A stretch of DNA of 63,436 nucleotides, filler included, from Choristocarpus tenellus KU-1152 (lineage: Eukaryota > Protista > Phaeophyceae), in assembly GCA_964200185.2 (NCBI GenBank). It is 13 parts of 13 records of this genome, joined end to end, with 100 filler letters (N's around TTAATTAATTAA, not from the genome) between each part and the next. Parts side by side here need not be neighbours in the genome. Positions count along the whole stretch, not along the records: positions 1 to 3,607 come from CAXNAD020018988.1; positions 3,708 to 9,258 come from CAXNAD020010451.1; positions 9,359 to 14,491 come from CAXNAD020011769.1; 10 more parts are not named here. One strand, 5' to 3'. The notes beneath the pieces are model-generated. The model did no database searches, was not told where the DNA came from, and was given only the letters and a program-made list of their open reading frames with translations. This document shows, piece after piece, positions 1 to 12,760 of this stretch. The position numbers were made by a program, and so were the translations under genes. The first letter of the stretch is position 1. Every line of letters begins with the position of its first letter.

Positions 1-632
1 TTTTTTTTTTTTTTTTCCGCCCCCCCCCACCCCCCACCCCCTCCCCCCCCCCCCCCCCCCCCCCTCTCAAAAAAAAAAAAACCCCCCCCCCCCCCCCCCC
101 CCCCCACCCCCCAATTCCTGAAAATACATTAAAGCATTTTCCTATCAACAGCACAACTTAGATACAGTGTAACACACACATACCATACACACAGCCCCAC
201 TGTGGACACAACACCATCAATACAGGTAATGCACACAACAACAGGTCACATACAGTGCTTTAATGGGGTTAGGGTTAGGGTTGAGTCAATAACATCTAAT
301 GACCATGGAAGCAACCATCTTGAGGAAACATGCACGACATTATTCCCATCAGTACCTTCTTATGCCATGATGCCACACCTCTCCATCAACCCACCATTAC
401 TTCAAATATGCAAAGATAGGGTTAGGGCTACCTTCTCATCTACTTCTCCCCCGCACCCCGCCCCCACAAAAGAGTCACATCTCACAATGCCTGGCCGTGC
501 TGTACAAAACAATCTCACCCTCAATTGCCCTCAAACAGAACAAAGGAAGTCTACCTTCTCAAGATAATCCTTACCCCCCTTTGAATGTTAGATTCTTGAA
601 TTGCAAGTCAAAAAGAAAAAAAACAAGTCTAC

Positions 633-3270
633 CTTCTCGAGGTAATCCTCAGCCTCTTTGAATGTTAGATTCTTGAATTGCGGGTGCATGATGCTACGGG
701 CGTATCGGACAGAATCACCCTGCGAACTTGCGCCACCGGAGGCACCAGAAGCTCGAGCTGTCGCCCTCTCTATTGCCTGAAAATGAAGAAAAAATAAGAG
801 AAAAAAAAATAATGGGAAGATTCCGTCGGCAACAGAGGGGGTCTGAAAACATGTAGGCCATTAAAAAAAAATATGCGAAGGAGATAGCAAGAAGTGCGAA
901 TTCAGAATAATATCCTTTGGAGGGGATGATCGGAGTTTGGGACATACACAAATTTTGTAGAAACGGTGAGAATCCCACCTTGTTTGTAATCTATAACAAA
1001 GGAAGGCGTGTTCAATGTAGGCATTCAAAAAGGCACACAGTAGAACATAAAAAACAAACAAAAAATTAATTTGAAAATAAAACACAATATTTTGATACAG
1101 AGGCGAAACTCAGGGGCATAAAATGAAGAAAATATTATTTTATCAATATAAAGAAATAAAACTTACCTTTCTTTTTCTAACTACACTCATTCGTATTTGT
1201 CATAAGAGTTAGAGCTGCAAAATATCTAACCAGTGTATGTAAAAACCTTCATGGGTTAGCACACACCGGCTCTAATCACAATCCACTAAAAAAAAAAGGT
1301 ACAAAATTGAATCGAACAAAAATTTGCCAAAACATAAAAAAGTACTTCATTGTGTTGGTGTCTAGGACACACATCTCTTTACGTCATTCAGAAGCCACCA
1401 CAAAACATCCCTCCCTTGATTATACCAAACCCAGAATTCCACATTCCCAACTCTGACCACGACTAGACTTCCTCATCGGTGATGATCATTATCAAAATAA
1501 TTCAATTCTGACATGACAGAGTCTACCTCAGAATAAATCCAATGACATGCTCATCAAAGGTTGACTACATAATTTTCAAACACTTTGGGGGAGCAATAAC
1601 AGCAATAACAATAATAAATAATAGTTAAATTTTAGTTCTATCACTTCAGAACCGCAGAAAAAAATAGAACACAAAAAAAATTAAACAGACCTTGCGTTTG
1701 CATTAAAAAAAATGCAATCACAAAAATAGAAATCAATCACATCCCACTACACCACATCACACCACAATGCTCGTATCATACATAACGCCTACATACCTGT
1801 TGGTTTTCTCGCCTCCTGTCCTTGAACTCCTTCTTTGCCCTGGCCACATCAAACGCCTGATCCAGCGGAGGCAGGCTCCGTGGACGCATCCACCCTCCCT
1901 CTCCAAACATGGCTCCAAGCGGTCCATCCCACTAAAAAAAAGAAGAAAAAAGTCCCGTTGAGTGAACCCCCCCCCCACAGAATAAACAACAATAATAATA
2001 ATAAATAAAATACATCATTGGTCAATCAGTCGGTCAGCCAGTCTGTTGACCAATTCATTAAACACTCAATCGTTCCAAAGCAATAATATAAATAAATAAT
2101 ACTAAAAATATATATTAAAAAATGCACAACATGCTCAGGGTCGGTAGTCACTAAATAAAAAACAAAAAAACAGAACAAAAAATTATGATTCTGAAAAAAA
2201 GCCATTCAAGTGTCTATGTATACACACACACACATACGTCACACTAAAAAATAAAAAAGATAAATCCCCAAAATACACCAACATGAAAAACAGCCCACAA
2301 AAATTCATAGTCAGAACAGAACTCTCCCTAAGCATACCCCCCTCAACATTCAAAACAACCTACAAATAAAATAAACCACCTACAATTGCATTACTATTAT
2401 TATTGCTCACCTTGTCAGGGTTAGGGATGGTATTGCTCTTCTTCAAGGAGAGCCTCAGTTCAAATCGGGACTTGTCCACCTTGATGATGGCAGCATCCAT
2501 GAGTTGATTACGTTTCACCACTTCCTGCAGATTGGACACCTGTTCACAAAAAGATCACACAAGTACCCCCCCCAAAAAAACAAAACAAAAACAAAACAAA
2601 GGTATATGCATGCAGTGCATGATGGAAAAATGAACAGAAACAGAAGGCGTTCGTTCATTAAAAAAACAAAAAATCAACATATTATTCTTATTACTCTCAT
2701 CTTGAAATAAATTAAAAAACACACACACTACATTTCTGATCATGCCACAAAATGTATTAAACAACTCTGCAATACAAAAGTAAACCCCTAACCCTAAAAC
2801 CCCCCCTAAAAGTCGATTTGTTTACAGCAAAAGAACAAGAAAAACCAACCCATATACACACCCATATACACACGTACAATCACTAACCCTAACCCTTGCA
2901 ATTGTAGTAATAAAAATAACGCATTGTATAAAAAAATCACTCAAACCCTCTCAAGCGAGCACACTACACTCCAAAAGTCAAATCACCTCAAAAAACAATG
3001 CATTAAAAAAATCCAAATCAGCAACAGATTAAAAAAATGCAACATATGCACAGCCCCCCTTTCCACCCCCCCCAAAAAACCCTAACAAAAAACAAACACG
3101 CCTCCCCAGAACCCTCTGGAGAAACCACAAAAAAGATAAATCACATCGCCATCCAATAAGCACAAAAAGCAAAAACAATTAAAAATAAAAAGTGAAACAC
3201 TAACATACCCAAAACAAACACTGATGGGATAATAAACACGCCTCCCATGTCACTCTCATTCCCCCCCCAC

Positions 3271-3310
<40 letters not shown>

Positions 3311-3314
3311 CAAA

Positions 3315-3360
<46 letters not shown>

Positions 3361-3506
3361 ACCTGTCCTGTCATTGGGTCCACAGGAAGAGCATCATCCG
3401 TTACGTGATCTGTCGGGACAAATCCAAATAACCCTGGCCCACCTTCCACCCTAACTCTAACTCCACCACTACTGTGACCAGAAACTCTCACTGGAACCAG
3501 CATACC
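633..3506 (-). CDS. SPT6: Transcription elongation factor Spt6, internal fragment (S1 domain to start of tandem SH2), 4 exons
   Basis: Exons 3506-3363, 2539-2411, 1931-1797 and 776-633 all have AG/GT boundaries and phase-0 introns, and join without stops: GMLVPVRVSGHSSGGVRVRVEGGPGLFGFVPTDHVTDD..VSNLQEVVKRNQLMDAAIIKVDKSRFELRLSLK (S1-like)...YARSIMHPQFKNLTFKEAEDYLEK (matches the Spt6 SH2 N-terminal motif R.I.HP.F.N....AE.YL). Partial at both ends. Confidence 0.85.
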
Positions 3507-3607
3507 CTTCAAAGACAATGAGGGGGAGGGGGCGGGGGGGGGGGGGGGGGGGGAAAAAGGGGGGGGGGAAGAGCACACGCTTAAACCCCAAGCCCCCCGA
3601 AATCCCG

Positions 3608-3707
3608 NNNNNNNNNNNNNNNNNNNNNNNNNNNNNNNNNNNNNNNNNNNNTTAATTAATTAANNNNNNNNNNNNNNNNNNNNNNNNNNNNNNNNNNNNN
3701 NNNNNNN
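3608..3707. other. Artificial contig-joining linker (44 N + TTAATTAATTAA + 44 N); first of 12
   Basis: Identical 100-nt spacer with stops in all six frames, also at 9259-9358, 14492-14591, 25972-26071, 29012-29111, 31840-31939, 42759-42858, 47603-47702, 50239-50338, 53320-53419, 56673-56772 and 59862-59961. 10-N gaps at 39451-39460 and 46306-46315. Confidence 0.98.
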
Positions 3708-5399
3708 GGGGGGGAATAGTGACTTTTCAACAAAAAGGGCTAAATGATAATACACGGAATGGATCCATTTACTCGTCATTACTATTTAATACAATCATTA
3801 CAATTATAATTTTTTACAGGTGACTTGCGTATACGGTTGGTTTTGTGTTGATTTTTCATTTTTGAGGTCCTCTCGGGTTATCTTAAAAAGAAAATATTCT
3901 TACACAACGTTACTTTTCATTCATTACATCACTTCCTCCTTATTTACATATACCTTTTTTTTTTAATCTTCCTCAGAGTCGCAGTTACATGCAACAGAGT
4001 CAAGAGGAAACAATGCCAAAAGAATAGAAATAAGAAAAAGAAGAAAGTGATAGGGTGCTTGTTGTGCCCTGACCCCTGCATACTTCCAGGGGATTGAACC
4101 AATCAGCTAATTGGCAGCAGAGGAGCTCCAGTTCTGTTTTCTTATTTTTGTGTTTGTGTGTGTTTGTTTTCCTATGCCACACATGTCCTCTCACATCACT
4201 ATCCTGAAGTCACATCCTGTTTGTTTCTAGATTCATATTGAACATTTAAAAAAAAAGAGAGTACGAGGAGCCCCCGTGGAAGAGTAATTACAGTTTGCAG
4301 AGAAAACAAAAAAACTTGTCTCAAGAGTAATTGCCGAAAATTCAGAATCGTTACTATTTTTAAACACAAATTTCAAACACAGAAGAAAAAAAGAATCAAA
4401 GAAAAAAGAAAAAGAAAAAAAGTGTTCGAATCTTTCCTGATGCGTGCACCTAGTCGTCGGGGGTCCATTTCCCTCAATAAAATAATAAAAATAAAAAATA
4501 GTTTCAGGAATGTGATTTCTTTTTCAAAGAAATTTTTACAATGAATACCGCAAAGGAAACTCAAAAACGTTTCTAAATGTGATTTCTATTGTCCGTATCG
4601 ATCACCGCAGTTGAGAGAGTCTCTAATTCATATTCTTCTTTTTTTTAAGAATAGAATTCCCACTTCTTTTTTTAAAAAACTGGGATGGTCACCGGAAATT
4701 TAGTTGGAAGATGGGACCAAAAGCGACATGTCTTGCCTACCTGCCCCCCCACCCCCCCCACGGATTGAGTTTGGAGGACAGGTCTCGAAGCAAGCAAGAA
4801 TAATAATAATAATAATAACGCAGAAAGCGCTCGCCTACGTAGCAGATCCCTTTCACCCAAGCTCATTTTATATAGGAAAAAAAAAAAGATATGAGAGAGT
4901 GGGAAGGAGAACAATAGTTGGGTTTTTTTGTAGTCTGTACAAAAAACGCCTAATTTGCTTTGCTGACCTCACTCAGAACAGTAGTTACGCTGACAAGAAA
5001 TGAGAATAAAAAATAAATATTACTAAAAAAAAAAAGAATCACAGAAGTGTAAACACAAAAATAGTAAATGCGTATCGAAAATAATTAAAAAGAAAAAAGA
5101 TCTGCAGCATTAAGATATAGCCGGTGCAGGGTACCACCAAGTACAATTTATCCTAACGTTCTTGTCACCATCACACTTGACTACTATATACCCCACCATT
5201 GCGCTGTAGTATTCCACCATGATACCCACCGCCTACCCTCTACTCTATCAAAACTACTTAGATCAAAAAGGAGAGTAAAGAGGGTCACGGTCTAGCCAAT
5301 GGAATGTCATGTCTGTGAGAGGAAACAACAAGAGAGCCATGGGTTCAGTTCTGCAATGTAATTGTATCAACCTCCACTATGTAGATGCTCGGAGAGAGG

Positions 5400-5845
5400 C
5401 CAGCGGAGATCTTGAACATTTTGTCAAAATACTCTGTTCTCCAGATGTTCAATTCTGGACCCCATTTTGCATCCCCACTATTACTCTGAGAGTATCATAG
5501 CCTATGCTGCCACAGTAGCCCAAGTTTCTATAATCTGTCCTATTCTTGTCATGGAATGTACACTACAAGGGGCACTTTCAGTTTCCACAAATTTATCTCC
5601 CCCCCATGCCGTTGATAATAGATTCTATCACCCCAGGGAAGGACGAACTGGGCACTGGGGGAGGACTGACTGTGCTGACTCACAGTGAGGTGTTCCCCCT
5701 CGTTGTCATCGTGATCATAGCAAGGTCGGGAACCTCCTAGCATCTTGTCAATACCAAAGAAGTTATCTGGCAGTTCATGTCAGAGAGGTTCTTAGGCTCG
5801 GCACTGTACATATTAATACAATAAGGGCTTACGACCAGGGGTAGT
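5400..5845 (-). mobile_element. Possible degenerate Ty3/gypsy integrase C-terminus/chromodomain remnant
   Basis: Broken frames give ..PY..ELPDNFFGI..RPCYD..PPPVP..VIESIIN..W..MGPELNIWRTE, resembling a GPY/F module plus chromodomain. Many stops and frameshifts. Confidence 0.3.
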
Positions 5846-6499
5846 TATATTAACATATATACATATATATATACAATTATAGGGTTAGGGTTAGGGTTCT
5901 GTGAGAGGTATGTCCTCGTCAAATAGCACGATGCAGAAGGAGTGGCAGGAGAAATACTATCCCAGAGTACAAGTAGCACAGGGCAAACAGGTAGGGAATA
6001 GTTGGGACTCAGTTCTAGGGGGCATTGCATGCTATTGATGCAACGAATTGGCGTATACTCCGTGGGCTCAAGCAATCTGTTCGTGGTTAACAAAAAACGT
6101 TTCGTGACCTCACAATTATACACTAGAGCATGGACCGGGATCACAATTCAGAAATTCAATCTTGACACTGGGTGCGACCTGTCCTAGCTGATACTCCTGT
6201 GCCACAACACAGTATAAATGCCATGCTTCTCACCATTATCCCAGCGACGTTGTTTTCTCCTTGAACGGAGTTTTGGACGTTGAGTCCTTTGAGTCGAAGG
6301 TGTGGTGACACAGTCTACAGTTGGCAATGTAGAGAATATGGGCGATGCTGCTGCTCTGTGCACCATGGCAGGGGTGCGAACCCTGGAGTCGGAGGGTTCG
6401 GGGTGTGAAGCAGAGCCGGTTACGATTCCAGTTGTCAAGGTTGTTACAAATGTTCGCAGACCCCTCTCTGCCGTAGGTTGATACGCACTTTCTGTTCGA

Positions 6500-8520
6500 T
6501 ACGGTCGACTGTTGTAGAGGGGTAGAAATAATCTGAGAGAAATTAGCCAGTTTGGAAACGATAGTCATTTGATGAGGGCGAGAAAAAGTTGAAGGTTGGA
6601 AAGTCTATACGGAACTTTACAATTTCAGTTTGAGCACATGGTGTGGTTGATGAGATTCTCAAGATTCGATTCCACATCTCCCAAGCAAACAGTGAATTCG
6701 CCATTGACTGGCTTATTATTGAGCTCAGCAAATCACTGGGTTGTGGGTCTCAGCTATAGTGTCGGTAGGGAAGTGTAATTTAGTCCAAGCTTAGCATTCT
6801 TGCATTGTTGGGACGGGCAAAACTTTGAAGCCCCTCAACAATTTGCCCGCCGAATCTATCTAACAGCACAAACCATGTCCTCAGTCCATTCATAGTAGAG
6901 ACGTAGCGAACGACTAAGGAATACGTACCATCATAGAGGTCACGTGTCTGGCAAAATCGTGTCACGGACCCTCATGTCCAGCCTCGTCGAAGCTGTCTTG
7001 TATGGTGTGGTTTGATCGGATGAAACTGACAAGACAGGTTTCTGGAGTATGTGTTAAGAACTTTCGGCAGAAGCAATCAAGCGCTTAGCATTAACAGGTA
7101 AGAACCGCTTTGCATCCTTTTCATTCTAAAAGAAGATTTGATTGCGTTGATCTTCAGAGTCGGAAGTGGTCTGACAATTTGGAATCTATGTGAGAAGGCA
7201 CAGTCACTTGCGGTTAAGGCAATCGAAACCCAGCATCTTTGATGTACAGTAAAAATTTCTGCATAGAATCACAGGCCCCATGTTCACCTAGAGGGCGTGT
7301 TTGTCCCATTGAGTCGCTGCGGCGTGTGTGCACGTCCGTCCCCGGCAGGTGAGGAGAACACGAAATTCATGCTATCATCCTCCTCAGCATCATAAGCATG
7401 AGGGGTTGAACGGCGGCCATCATCTATGGGAGTACCCACACCAACTTGGCGCGAGGAGATGAGGCGAGGACCTGGAGGAGGGGAGCTGTCACGTGCACCA
7501 GGCATGGTGAATTTCAACGCTTGAGGAACTCTATCTGACTTTGTACATGGTCTCTAAAATAGTTCAAACCAACAAGTTAGGAAACGTCTGCGAACAAAAA
7601 ACAAAAATATCTTTCTTAGAGTCGATCAATCTTCTTGGTGGCGACAATGTCATACCAATGGACATGGTCTCTCTACGTCAAGTGGTATGGGATATCTGCT
7701 TGAGAGCTTTCCCCCGACATCCATATAAGTTACAGACTGCCTTAACATGCTTGGGATCACAGCGTTGTTTGGGTGCTACAGCCAGCAAAGAGACCAGGAC
7801 TCGGATCGTGGTTACTCACAGCAGGTAGTTCAGTGGAGTAGCCATGTCAATGTCCTCTTTCAAGACCCGAAAGACTACACCTCGGATCCCCCCATCGATG
7901 GAGATCATATAATTGGCACGGAATGCAGTCGTACTGCTCGAGGTTGAACAAGCGGACTGATTCGCTGGCTTGATTGCTTTATTGCACTGTTGTCTTGACT
8001 GAGGAATCGACGACTTGGAATGCTAAACCCACCTTGATCAATGGAAATCATTGCATGACTATAGCTGGATGATTTATCCCCAGCATAAGGGAATAATAGT
8101 ACAACTGTAGCCCAACCCCGGTGAGTATCCACGTTTGCCAGGCTTGGTTCCTTGTTGATGGACTCAATGTTGCATGTCTTCTTGTCAGCTACCTTGATGG
8201 ACTGCTCCCCCTCCTGGAGGCACTAGTGGATGACTCCAAGGCCTCAAAGAAGATTTCAACGATAGTTCCGGCGCGGATATACCGCTGTAAAGGTGAACTT
8301 TGAAGTTAAATGAGCAAGTTTGTGGCCGATTCTGTGGAGCACAACGTTTGTCGGAAGACACCTCCCAGTTTTTGTAGGTTTTAACAAGGTTTGCGTACAG
8401 GTTCGGGATGCGTTATAGTCACGGCATTGCCATATAATTCATCATACAAAATTTATACTGTAGGGTCTTCCTTCTAACCCCTCTAACCTTCACCAACACG
8501 ATATGCCTCTCGACCACGAG
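6500..8520 (-). pseudogene. Degenerate hAT-superfamily transposase
   Basis: Motifs in the expected order across frameshifts: KTLQYKFC (BED-finger-like), GFSIPSRRFL, YMISIDG..PLNYLL, VSFIRSNHTIQDSFDE, TRF, and AWEMW..RIDFPTFNFF (dimerisation-domain-like). Confidence 0.5.
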
Positions 8521-9138
8521 CCCAACAGGGCACTCCGAGTTGTTCAAACTTCGACTTCGCCCAGCGATGAACGGCTTTAAGGGGATGGTCAGAAAAGGTC
8601 ACACTGCACAGGACGTTTTCTTCAGCACTACTACGATGGACGAAGAAGAGCTCAAGGCAAGTTTGCAATTGCAATTGTCTATACCCATGGAGGCATCCAT
8701 GTTCCCGGACGTGTGTACAAGAGTACAACTGCAGACAATGAATCATTTTAACATATCTACAGACAGTATGGCACAGCAACATTGGTTGAACTCGATCCAT
8801 CCCCGCCGCTTCAAAATCCCTACTATTGTCTTCTATCATCTCCTGCCTGAACAGGATGCGTTGAACAGGGCAGCAGGCTTTGATCTTGAAGTTGGGGGTT
8901 CTTGCAGGGGCAGGAATTGGGTACGGAGGCCACCCACACAGCGATGACTTCAAGATCCAGCAGCATACGCAAACACCTTCCAAACCATATGAGCGTAAGT
9001 GAGACGCTCTGGGATGCTTGCAACAATTTCTTCATTGCAATAGAAGTGTTTGAGTGCATGAATGACATACAAGTTATCATTTATTTGATCAAAGTATGAT
9101 GGATCGGCAATGTAGTTGATTTAGTTGACGATAGGATT

Positions 9139-9258
9139 TGTTAAAAATATAATTTTTACTTGTATGTAAAATATTCTTCTGTGGGAGAAACATTGAGTTG
9201 TTGAACTATTGTTGGATAACGGGATAATTGATAGTAATGTCTTTGTCAGGTGACAACG
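9139..9258 (+). mobile_element. LTR 5' portion, truncated by contig end
   Basis: Begins TGTTAA and aligns by eye over about 100 bp with the reverse complement of the LTR at 25190-25555 (shared AGTTGTTG..CGGGATAATTGATAG). Confidence 0.55.
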
Positions 9259-9697
9259 NNNNNNNNNNNNNNNNNNNNNNNNNNNNNNNNNNNNNNNNNN
9301 NNTTAATTAATTAANNNNNNNNNNNNNNNNNNNNNNNNNNNNNNNNNNNNNNNNNNNNCCACCCCTCCACCCCCCCAGCCACCTGGGGGTGTGTGTGGGA
9401 TCTTGCAAGAAATAACTCATTGAAGTAACTCATGAGGTTACCCTAAAATGTCAGTGAAGTAAGTCCTAGTTTTAAGTCTACCTGTCTCTAGTGGGTGGTC
9501 ACTGCTGTGATTCCACAACAATCGCCTTCCATGGTGTATTTCTTCATACACACAAAATGTTTCAAACCAGTACGCTGTACGGAAAGGGGAGTTAAAAAAA
9601 TATATATTTTTTTTTATTTTCTCAGAATGTTCACTATGGCTGTTTCATTGAAAGCAGATGGATTCATAGGTTCACATACACACAGAGGGTGTGTGTT

Positions 9698-9729
<32 letters not shown>

Positions 9730-10319
9730 ACATTGTAAAATAAATGTGCACTCGAACTCAATTTTTTTTTTTTAAGACTTTTCCCCTGTGTGCACGCACT
9801 AGATTTTTTTTTTTTCAATAGGTAAGATGTTTCAAACAGTCCCATTTTGTGGTTGGATTGGATTGCACAAGAGACACAGTGAATGCGTGAGTCTCTCTCC
9901 CCTCTCCGATGCCCGTTCCTCAAACCCTCACATTTTTAAATTTTATTTTGGTGCAGTTGTTGGTGCCGGTTCCTGTTCACTTCGTCAAGGTGAAGTTTAA
10001 GCTTCCCTATTGGCTGGAACCATTGAGTCGGACGACGCCATTGGTGAGATACGCTTGTGAGTAGATGTCTTATGAGTATCTCGCGAGTGAACTGAAATCG
10101 CGTTTTGGACTGGCTCTTTTTGTTGGTGCATTGGGATAAAAAAAAATATATATGGTATTGTTAAGAGTGGGTGGATTAGGAGCGCTGTTAGCTTTTGTTT
10201 CATGTCTGAAGGGATTTTTTTTTTGCAGTGTGAGTTCCTCCTAGATATTACATTTCAAAAAGTAAAAGCAGCCTACTATCTACCCCACTCACTCACCAGC
10301 AATGGTGTAGTTGATGCTG

Positions 10320-10415
10320 GTTGATAGATATGGATGCAGTAGAATAGATAAATGTAGAGTTGATAGATATGGATGTAGCGGAATAGATAGATGTAGTTGA
10401 TAGATATGGATGTAT
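10320..10415. repeat. Imperfect ~38-bp tandem repeat, about 2.5 copies
   Basis: Recurring GTTGATAGATATGGATG(C/T)AG..GAATAGATA.ATGTAG unit. Confidence 0.7.
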
Positions 10416-10844
10416 TAGAAGAGATAGATGTAGAAGAGATCAAGGGGGTGCAGGATGTGGTGCAAGAGAAGCAAAGTAGGGAGGCGTGTTTGTAAGGGAT
10501 TTGGATGCGTTTGTCCTCATCCTCTCTCTTTTTTGCTAGTGCTGTTGTTAGCGTCATTGTTCTTTGTCAACTGCACCGGCTCTATTGACTTCAGAGTTGA
10601 ATACATACTACCTCCGTGTCATGAGTCTGTTCTGCGTTGTCCCCAACTTTTGGAGATGATGAAATTCATTTCTGAAAGAAGATTTGGAATCCTTGACGAA
10701 TTTCTGGTTAGGGTCAACTCTTGTTATTATTACTCCCCATCCATCGCAATTGTATCAGTCACAGAAAAAAGTCTCCATGTCTACCTTCAGCGTGTTTTCA
10801 AGCTCACTAGAAAACTGGTTCTTCCTTACCCCTGTGTGCTCCAC

Positions 10845-12104
10845 GCTGAAGTCATTCCCACCTTTGTATCAAAGTACTTGATTGTACACCACAAGGAGCT
10901 GTCAAGCCCTCTCAAGTGTGGTTTCATCATACTCCTCATACTGTTTCTTAATGACCTTCACCATCTCCTCTATGAACCCAAACTGCTCCCCCATCACCCA
11001 GCATTTCAAAGACCTGAAGAAGCACATGTCCATGATATTGAGGTTGGGGGAGTTAGATGGCTGCGTCACAAGCCTAATCGACCACCCCTCAGTGTTCCCT
11101 ACCTCTAACAAGATTTCTTAGTAGCCTTTGCCATTGGGGGGGGTGGCACCGTCTTGCTGAACGACGATGTGTTTCCCCTGCCACCAAGGCATCTTGGTCT
11201 TGATTGCAGGCAGTAACTCCTCTGTGTACCACTTCCTGTACCACAAGTGTCCTAAAGTACGGTCCTTCTCATACACATCCCCCTTTTCATGGTTCTTGCT
11301 TGTCCTGTCTGCCGTTGTTGACGCACACACACGCCAAACACCAACCTTTTCCATCAAAGCTGTGAGCAGAATCTGGGCAGGCGTTGGTTGCAGTGATCGT
11401 GGTTTTGGGGATATGACTCTTGTGCTATACAGCACAGTAGGGGACCCTGGAAGGTCACTATCATCCTCATGCGGAAATACCCTAACCCTTTCCCCCCCAT
11501 CAGTCATCACGCAAAACCAGGTTTCCCCCAGATTGGATCGTGTTCGCCACAGAGGTGTACACACCACGTTTCCGGTCTCTACTTGATTGCAAACAAAGTC
11601 CATCCTCCATATACCTTTTGCCACGATTTTTGAGCTTTGGGTTTGATCCAGCGGCGATTCGGCATGTCCCCCCTTATCATCCAACCACCCGTTTATGGTC
11701 TTGTGCTATGCTATGCTATGCTATGCTATGCTATGCTATGCTATGCTATATAATTCAGCCCCTTGGCACCGCGGTATCACCATCTTCATTGTCACCTGAC
11801 GCACACTACTGTGGGTGACGGATTATCGGAGTTGATAATATGCATTGCGGCCATCTTGGTCGGTGTGAGCTCCGAAGGCCGCCCACTACGTGCTGCCACC
11901 CCTACCTTGATCAGGCGTGTGACCACGGTCGAGCTGATCGGCGACGTCCTCCCAGGGCCCTAGCATGTAACGATCGGACTCTCCAAACTCCACTGCGAGG
12001 GCCAGCCCAATATGTCGCGTCAGTCTATGCTCGCCAGAGACCATCGAAAGGGCATTCCACACTGTAAAGCGCAACCCTTCTTGGTATTTAATAGGGCATG
12101 ACAC
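10845..12104 (-). pseudogene. Mariner-type DDD transposase pseudogene
   Basis: GETWF (first D lost), QQDGATP, QPSNSPNLNIMDMCFF (40 residues between 2nd and 3rd D, with one in-frame stop), EEMVKVIKKQYEEY..GGNDFSVEH. Frameshifts and a microsatellite insertion. Confidence 0.85.
11705..11749. repeat. (GCTAT)9 microsatellite inside the mariner ORF
   Basis: Nine perfect copies visible. Confidence 0.95.
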
Positions 12105-12491
12105 CTGGGCACCCTACGTGGGGGGGGGTTCAATGGGGGGATTGAACCTTTTGCCATGCCGATGTTCTGACCCTGGACGTGCCCAGTTCTGGCCTCTAAA
12201 TCACCGCAATAAGCCCCTACTGGCTACTGAGGCCTTTGACGGCTTGAATCGCCTCGATTGACGGCTTGAATCGCCTCGAGTTTGTACCTGATGATCCTCG
12301 ACCCACACCCTTTACAGAAAGTTGAGATTGTCAACCCTATTTCATTGTGTGTGGTTATTGTCAACCCTATTCGTCCAAGTCGGCGCCGTTCTCGCTCGGC
12401 GATCCCAGGGATGTTTTGCGTCACAAACTCATGGCATGTAGGTAGTATATTTTAGCAGATTTATAGGCCGTCGAAGAGTTCCAAAATCTTT

Positions 12492-12522
<31 letters not shown>

Positions 12523-12581
12523 ACAGTAAACCGTCATATATATATATATATATATATATACAATATTTAGGTAAATATATC

Positions 12582-12760
12582 ATGTGCAATATTCACCTAA
12601 ATACATAATGTACAATATTTACCTAAATACATAATGTGCAATATTCACCTAAATTCATAATGTACAATATTTACCTAAATACATAATGTACAATATTTAC
12701 CTAGATACATAATGTACAATATTTACCTAAATACATAGTGTACAATATTTACCTAAATAT
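12582..12760. repeat. 26-bp minisatellite, about 7 copies, preceded by an inverted unit and a (TA)n run
   Basis: Unit ATGTACAATATTTACCTAAATACATA. Inverted partial unit CAATATTTAGGTAAATAT at 12561-12578. Confidence 0.9.

Larger units (their letters stand above)
10608..12445 (-). mobile_element. Full-length decayed Tc1/mariner element (plant-mariner/Stowaway-like, DD~40D) with TIRs and TA target duplication
   Basis: 23-bp TIRs at 10608-10630 (CTACCTCCGTGTCATGAGTCTGT) and 12423-12445, 19/23 identical, each flanked by TA. Internal transposase remnant on the minus strand. Confidence 0.85.

Noticed and set aside
3141-3578. Gly/Pro-rich 145-aa ORF
   Set aside because: Only 3363-3506 is an SPT6 exon. 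The rest is intronic poly-C/G, possibly of unreliable length.
3652-3663. Recurrent palindrome TTAATTAATTAA
   Set aside because: Always centred in 88 N, so it is an artificial linker. Adjacency of genes across linkers has no biological meaning.
8483-9099. Overlapping 135-166-aa ORFs next to the hAT remnant
   Set aside because: No motif or splice support that I can recognise.
10455-11108. 217-aa plus-strand ORF
   Set aside because: Antisense shadow of the mariner transposase end. It crosses the TIR and has no recognisable motif.
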